A stretch of 58,133 bases of DNA, the filler included, from Bipalium vagum (Eukaryota), in NCBI GenBank assembly GCA_037834085.1. It is 3 parts of 3 records of this genome, joined end to end, with 100 filler letters (N's around TTAATTAATTAA, not from the genome) between each part and the next. Parts side by side here need not be neighbours in the genome. Positions count along the whole stretch, not along the records: positions 36,792 to 58,133 come from JBBMKC010236689.1; 2 more parts are not named here. One strand, given 5' to 3'. Below are positions 51,055 through 58,133 of the stretch, piece after piece; position 1 is the first letter of the stretch; each line of letters opens with the position of its first letter. Below the pieces are notes generated by a model. That model searched no databases. It was not told the DNA's origin and saw only the letters and a program-made list of their open reading frames with translations. A program made the translations under genes and the position numbers.

Positions 51055-52574
51055 ATAGAAATTGGAAAAAACTGGAGAAATATTTTATTTTAATAATAAA
51101 AAATATTTTCCCACTTCTAACCATAATAAATTATCAAATTCTAATCAATAAAATTTATTGAATAGTTTCAATGGATAAAAGACTAATGGTGGGAAACCTG
51201 TTATTCAACAAATCAATTTTTCGTTTTTAAGATATAATAAAAATAATTTTAATGTTCTAAGAACCTCTAGAATTATCTCCAAACAAATGAATGAAAAAAA
51301 ATTAGTTTTACCAATAAATTATATCAATTATTTTGCATTTTTCATCTCAGTGTGAGAAAAATTGCCTCACTTTCATAATAAAAATTATTTCAATTAATAT
51401 TAATCAAATTTTCAGTTATCGATTAAAATCAATGAAAAAAGAATAAAAAAATATAAAGTTAAAAACTCAATTTCAATATCGACTTAGACAAGTCGGAAAA
51501 CCGTCGTAAAGTTTGGAAAAATATAATGAAAGATCCGATTCCGCTCCGGTGGAATTTAGTCAGTGGAAATCGAATTATTTTATAATATAATTGTTATAAA
51601 AAAGGGGAAAAAGTATCAAATATTGAATAAAGTTTTACAAAACATTTAATGTAATATTTATTACGATAATAATTTTGTTTTAATGTCTGGAGAATAGTTC
51701 TTCCGTTTGCTTTTTGAATTATCCTTAACAAATAAATTTTTATGAAAAATATATTTTTCTTTATGTTCATTATAATTTAATTAAATTATAAATAAAATAA
51801 TCAAGTCATTAACAAATAATTTCAAATTTATTGTGATAATTTTAAATAATAATATAAACATTTTAATTAAATATTTATTATTTTTAAAATATTTTTTTAT
51901 TTAAATAATAATTATTTTTCGAATATTTTGATTTTAGCAATTTACTAATTATTGATTTAAAAAATTAATTTTTATTTATAATAAAAATTTATTAATTACT
52001 TTACAAATCCTGATATATGTTTTGTTCAAAAAGTATAAATCATTAATAAGATTATAGATTTTACAGATTATGTAAGATTATAAATTTTATAGATTTTGAT
52101 AAATTATAGATTATATGTATGAAATGTTTTTTTTGTTTTACAAATATTTTATAAATTATTTATAATTTTTATACATAAAAATAATAACAGTTTTAACTAT
52201 AATTTATATTAAAATATTATTTAAAATTATTTAGGAAATTAAATATAATTATACAAAATTAAAATTTTAACCAACACTACAAGAAAATTTATTTTTAAAT
52301 TTCAAATATACAAAAAATTAAATATTAAAAATGTAATAAGAGATTTTTGTAAACTATAAATTTAATATACTTGTAAATAAGACTCGTATACCTTTTCTCT
52401 TTAAAAACAATCAAGATTTCTTAATTTTACAAAGTGCAGCAATTAATTAGTGAAGCACTATATAACTCGTAACCAGGACATGCTTATTTAAATGTCACAT
52501 TAATTTCCTCTTTACGCCATTGGACAGATTTTTATGATCAGATTTGATATAATATATGATACATGAATTCTCAC

Positions 52575-53167
52575 CATATGATTTCATTTTGTGATTTAGA
52601 ACAGTCAGAACTTTACTCTCATCGACCTGTTCAATATACCATAGACTGGAAGAGCCAGGAACCTCAGTCGTTGGAAAATTTACGCTTACCTGAATCTAAT
52701 TCTATTGGAATTCAAAATTGTAATTTTGATGAAAAGCACTATGAAAATATGAATTATAAATTATAAAATTATTTCTTTTAAAATTATAAAAATTTTGATG
52801 CCTTAATATGATTCACAATTTATAAAATCATGATAAAATAATAATACAATAATTATTAAATTAATTAAAAGTATTTTTATAAAAATATAAAAATTATTCA
52901 TAATTAAGTTTACCAGGCTTTGATCTATTGTCTCTATCGATCGGCTGGACAATATTGAATTAGATCTAAGATTTGCAATTATTATTTTATTTATTAAAAC
53001 GTTCTTAAATATTTATTCAAATTTGATTTAAAAAAATTAATTAAAAATAAACCGAATTCTTTCTCCAATTTTAGACTCATTTAATCTATTGTATAAATTT
53101 CCAATAGAATGTGATCCAGTTCGATCATTTGCATTTTCAAATATCAAATTTTTCGATTCCAAAAATT
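52575..53167 (-). CDS. Cluster of candidate short exons of an unidentified minus-strand gene
   Basis: GT-AG-bounded open segments 53167-53053 plus 52965-52914 (phase-compatible: ..NRLNESKIGERIRSNSILSSRSIETIDQSL) and 52738-52690 plus 52645-52575 (44-bp intron gtaagc..cttccag; LFIKITILNSNRIRFSLWYIEQVDESKVLTVLNHKMKSY). The two pairs are not in phase with each other. Confidence 0.35.
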
Positions 53168-56100
53168 CTCAAAAATTCTTATAAATATTAATTTTAATTA
53201 TTTTAACTCAGATCATACAAAAGTAATACATTGGGTTGCGTGCAAGATACGTTTTTTAAATATAGAAATAAACTCTTTCCTGATACATAACGTATTTCCA
53301 ATTTTTTATATATGCTAGATTTTTTATATATGGACTTATTGATTTTTATATGCCTCTAATTTTGCCTGAAGATAAATTTGTCTTAACTTTTGTCAACACT
53401 GACTTGGTGAAAATCAATTTTTAATTTTATAGAAAAAAATATTTTTACTATTACTATTATTATTATTATTATCAATTCATATAACTATCATTTATCATTT
53501 TATATTTAAGTTCAGAATTTGATTTATTTATGCAAAGTATTTAACACAGAAAAGTAAAATATTATTAATTATTATTAACTTTATTTTTTCGATATTCCAC
53601 TTGTGAAATTTGATTTGCATATTTATTCAAAATGTAACATATAATATTTAAATTTTTACAGTCATTAAGTTTTTTCTGATATTTAATTTTAAAACAATTT
53701 TTAATATAACATTTTATTTAATCAATCTAAGCAGAGCTTTCAAAAATAATCTGCAGTGCTTAAATAGAAATGGGCAAGGTAATACGAATTTTAAATGATA
53801 AAATATTCAGACGGAATAAAATCGGTTTTGTTTAATTCCTTAAATCAATAATTTTTTCTTTTAATATTGCGGCAAGTCAGTAATGAAAAGTCATGAATAT
53901 TTACGAGGTCAATTCAGCACGCAGCCAATCTAATGAAGAACATCTTTTGTGGAGGTGTTTATATTTAGTCACAATTTTCAGTTGTCACATAAAAATAGAT
54001 AAATAGATTTTTTAAAAAAACTTAATAATTAATTTAAATTATTAATTTTGATAAATTGAATATGAACCAGTAAAAAATGAACCAGTGTGATGAAGTACAT
54101 GATTTTAAAGAATAGAGACTAAAAAGAAATATTTGGGTCAAAGTAATAATTATACTTGACTGGGAGAAAATCAGAACAGGACAAGGAAGTGCAAGTTAAC
54201 TAAAATTTGTTTCTTGCATTTTCAAAGAAAAACTATTTCATATCTTACGAAAAGGAAGCTTTGACGAAATTATTTGAGATGTAACAATTATAATATATGT
54301 ACTGCCTGAAATATTAACCGAGATTTTACTGAATGGAATTTGCAGTTAAGATTTCCTTTTGGAATTTATTATGGAATTTTAGAAAATCGTTAAACAAATT
54401 CTGCGAAACGAATCAACAATTTTTTTATGAATTATTATTGATAAATATCTTTCAAACATTTCAACTGAAGATGGAATCTCACCTTATTTGTGTTGATCAG
54501 AATCAATGTAACATGGAAAAACACTGATGTTATCAGTCTTTTGAACCAGGCACAAAATAATGTTTGATTTTGAAATAAAAATGTCAGACTAACTGCAAGC
54601 AGTTTTTGTGATCTGATCAAGTTTAGAAACACTCAGATTTTACGAGAACGCACTTATATAAAAAGAAGTTAGCTATACAATATCCATGCTTTACATTGGT
54701 ATCATATTCGGGTTACAACACGGAACTAGGTATAAGAGATTTTTGAATGTTCAGACATCTCTAAACATCATATGTCATCATAATAAAAATAATTAAAAAT
54801 TCTAATCTGTAAAAATAGAGAAAAAGCCACAAAAATCAATAAATATTTTATCAAAAGTTTCTACATCTTATATTGTAAAAGTAAAAATTCAGACTTTATT
54901 TTCGAATCAGGTCTTATTTATTTTTAATCGTTTAATTCTATTCTTTATATTAAAGAAAATAATAACAGAATTAGTCTAGACTCTAGAGGTTAGATTCGAA
55001 AAAGAAGCCAAAAACAAAACATATTTATTTAACTCCCGGTGCACATGAAATAAATAAATATCTAAATCAGTCAAGAAGAAATTTAAATATGGTACGGTAA
55101 CTGTACTTTAAAACGAAACCAAATCAAAATATTTCGAATCGTATAATATTATTAATAATAAATAATATTATTAAAGGTTGTGAAGTGGAATTTCAAAAAG
55201 AAAAATCTTTAACAGATGTTTTAGTATTTGAAATTAGAAAAAAAATATAAAAGGAATACATTATTCAAAACAAGTGAACACTACAAATATAAATATTAGG
55301 CAACCAATAAAGTTCTTGTATTTTTTCTGATACGGACTATGATACATTTTTTTTGATTTTTTTATTGACATGATTATTTATATTATGTTATTTGGGTTAG
55401 GTAATATAGTTTTGATCTAATAATAATAAATTTCTTGCCGTACACACCGTTAATGATTGTGGTTGCCTGAGTACCATTTAAACCACGCTTAAATGTTCAC
55501 CTTTCTCGACTTATAGGTTCATCTTCTAAACAATATAAAATCACATGTTAAATTAATATTCAAAAGTTAGCTATAAATTCAAAATTAGAATATACAATGT
55601 ATTTAATATATTTAAACAAAAACATAAAATCAATTGAAGAATTAGAGAATTACGTTAATTTAAAAAGCTGAATGCACTTATTCCTTAACCAGATATAATT
55701 ATCAAATCAAATAATTAAATATATTTGTTTATTTACATTTAAAATTATTTTATTAAAATTAAATTATTTTCTACTTCAAGTAATTAAAAAAATTTAATAA
55801 ATAAATAATATAATAATATATAATATGAATAAAATAAAAATTCTAGCTACAATTTGACTGTTACTCATAATATTATTGCCATTTTATCATTTAATATATT
55901 AATTTTTGAAAATTGTAGGAATTTGGAAATGCTTGGTTATATCTAAAAAAGAGAAAATATATTTATTCCACAGAAAAAAATTCATTTTTCCAGGAAAAAC
56001 CATTTTTCATTTTTATTAAAATCTGTCGACTTTCGGTACTTATTAATTTATTTACCAATCACTAATAAAGATTTATAATCATATTTGGAAATAATTCTAT

Positions 56101-57112
56101 TTTATTAATATCTTAAAATATTTAAATGAATAAAAAAAGAAATAAAATAATAAAAATTAAAATAAATAATAAAAAAAAATAATTTTAATTTTATTTATGA
56201 GTAAATATTTTTTTATAGGTTGATGCAAATTCTTCGAATATTTTTTTTTGTATTGTGTTACTATTATCCTTAAACTGAAACAAGTAACTTTCGTTCGATA
56301 ATCAGTAACTTCTCACTTTCTGATGTTGTGTTTGCTTTACTTTCACAGTTACACAAAAGTTTAAACTCAATTGAATCAAAACGTCCACAAAAAAACCTTA
56401 TTCGCACCCCGGATTAAATTAAAACGATCACAGTAAAACTTTATTGAAACACACAAAATCTTCACACAAAATCTCAATTCGTTAAATAATCAAGTGTCTA
56501 GAAATCACGTAACCCACTGATCCAGTGTCAATAAAAAGATAATAATAAGTCAACTTTCCTCAATATGAAATGATCACAAATGATTTTAATATGATAATGA
56601 AACAATTTATGAGAATTTAGAACAAATAATAATTAAAATCACAACAAGAAATAAAAAGAAATCAATAACCTCACCAGGATCGACAAGTCCTTTTTAGGTC
56701 ACAAAGGGATTCCAAACTTGCTAAGTCCTATTGAAGGAAATAATTTAAAATTACTGGAGCAATAATAATCTTAACTTTGCAACTGTAACGACTGTCGTGT
56801 AAATAATCTTTTGTTTTTTTCTTGTTTTTGGGTGGCTTTCTGGTAATAGCCCCATCTTTATATAGTGGTAGAGATTGGTCTGCGATCACCAATCCCTACA
56901 CTTTGGGATGGCTATTTCCTTCATTAGCCCATTAATCCTAACTCTCAACGCCGAGATAAAGTCAGTCGACCAAAAATAATTTATTACTCCGACGACTGGA
57001 TATATTCCATGATTTATAATTTAATTAATTCAATATACAAAATCTCGACGAAAATATTTTTACGGTTTGTACCTTTGACAAATTGATAATGTCTGTCAGT
57101 CGAAAATTAATC

Positions 57113-57183
57113 TGAGATCCTCTGGTTAAAACCCAGGACCTTTCACATGCGCATGGATGCTCTGACCGCTGGGCTACATTCCC
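57113..57183 (-). pseudogene. tRNA-Ala(CGC)-like pseudogene or SINE head
   Basis: Minus strand GGGAATGTAGCCCAGCGGTCAGAGCATCCATGCGCATGTGAAAGGTCCTGGGTTTTAACCAGAGGATCTCA follows the eukaryotic tRNA-Ala consensus. The A box is retained; the B box (GGTTTTAACC) and stems are mutated. Confidence 0.7.
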
Positions 57184-58133
57184 CGACTTATTTTCAATTT
57201 ATCTCACAATGTCTAATATTTTTATGCTTCATTTTCGAAAACTAAGCATTCCATTAATTTTAAATTTTTTAAAGGAAAGATTAAAATATTCGGGCTTCAA
57301 CACATTGGTTTAAAATTTCTCATAATGGGATATTAATCTTTGGTTGCCATTCTTTTATTAATAATGATTGGCAGATATTTCTTTCGTCATTATTATTAAA
57401 ATTTCTCATAACGACACAGAATTTTTCTGTATTAACTTTACTTTTCCGTTCGACAAAATTCATTGAATGGTCTGAAACTTTGCTGGTTCTACTTACCAGT
57501 CAGTGTTCATGAATTGTGAGTTAGGAGGCCGGCTTCTCTTATGTATGGATAATAGTATTTTTAACATTATAAATTACATTGTCTGATCTGCTCAACATAT
57601 TTTAGTTGAATGTAATTAAACTTTTATTCCAAATTCTGAAATATGCGCGATAACACGTAGAATTGTAAAATAATAAATAATAAATTAAAGTTGGTCTAAA
57701 TTCAAAGAAAACTGAATAATAACATTAACAAGATTTATTCTCCTAATCGAACGTTATTATATCGAAAAACACTTTTAAAACAGCAAAACTTTACTGCAAC
57801 CACGTGGAAAAACCTATTTCATTTGAAATTAATAATAAAATTATAATAGGATTTTAAATAATATTGGTTTGCCAATAGAAAAATGATTACGATTTAGACA
57901 TAGTGAAAAAATAATTAATCTTAAAAAAGTTAATCTGTGATTGTGTCAATCATGAAAATAAAATTATTAATAGACACTTATCATTAGTACTAATATAATG
58001 ATTGTATATTATATGATGAATTCTGTATGATTACTTAAGGATACATCGTTGGAATTGTGTTTATAGTACTACATTTATAGTATCACACTTAAAAACAGAT
58101 TTTGGTGGTGATTATTATTATGTCAAGAGCTTA

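Noticed and set aside
53729-53778. Plus-strand AFKNNLQCLNRNGQ segment as the next MAP4K CNH exon
   Set aside because: Its phase is incompatible with the 35851 donor, similarity is weak, and it lies beyond an artificial join.
56340-57000. Possible solo LTR starting TGTAAC near 56784
   Set aside because: No defined CA end, TSD, primer-binding site or second copy in the window.

Overview
Eukaryotic, very AT-rich, repeat-littered draft-assembly DNA. The low GC, 43-67 bp minimal introns, long (AAT)n tracts and many decayed Tc1/mariner elements suggest an invertebrate, possibly a planarian-type flatworm; that is inference only. The one confidently identifiable gene is a plus-strand, 21-exon GCK-I/MAP4K kinase (MAP4K3/MAP4K5/happyhour-like, with kinase, proline-rich linker and CNH domain) at 22521-35851. 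Its last CNH exons are missing, and an artificial 100-bp N/TTAATTAATTAA spacer follows at 36692-36791. An identical spacer lies at 20319-20418, so the window is three joined segments. The rest is mostly non-autonomous DNA transposon debris (mariner DD34D, rosa DD41D, Tc1 DD34E, IS630-like, pogo/Tigger), several TIR-bounded elements I cannot classify, a tRNA-Ala pseudogene, microsatellites, and scattered minus-strand spliced-exon candidates of an unidentified gene at about 41.6-55.5 kb. I found no convincing new multi-gene system. The best leads are a TGT...ACA hairpin-ended repeat family associated with a nearly intact tandem psq/CENP-B-type HTH ORF, the unidentified minus-strand exons, and a YqaJ-like exonuclease remnant.
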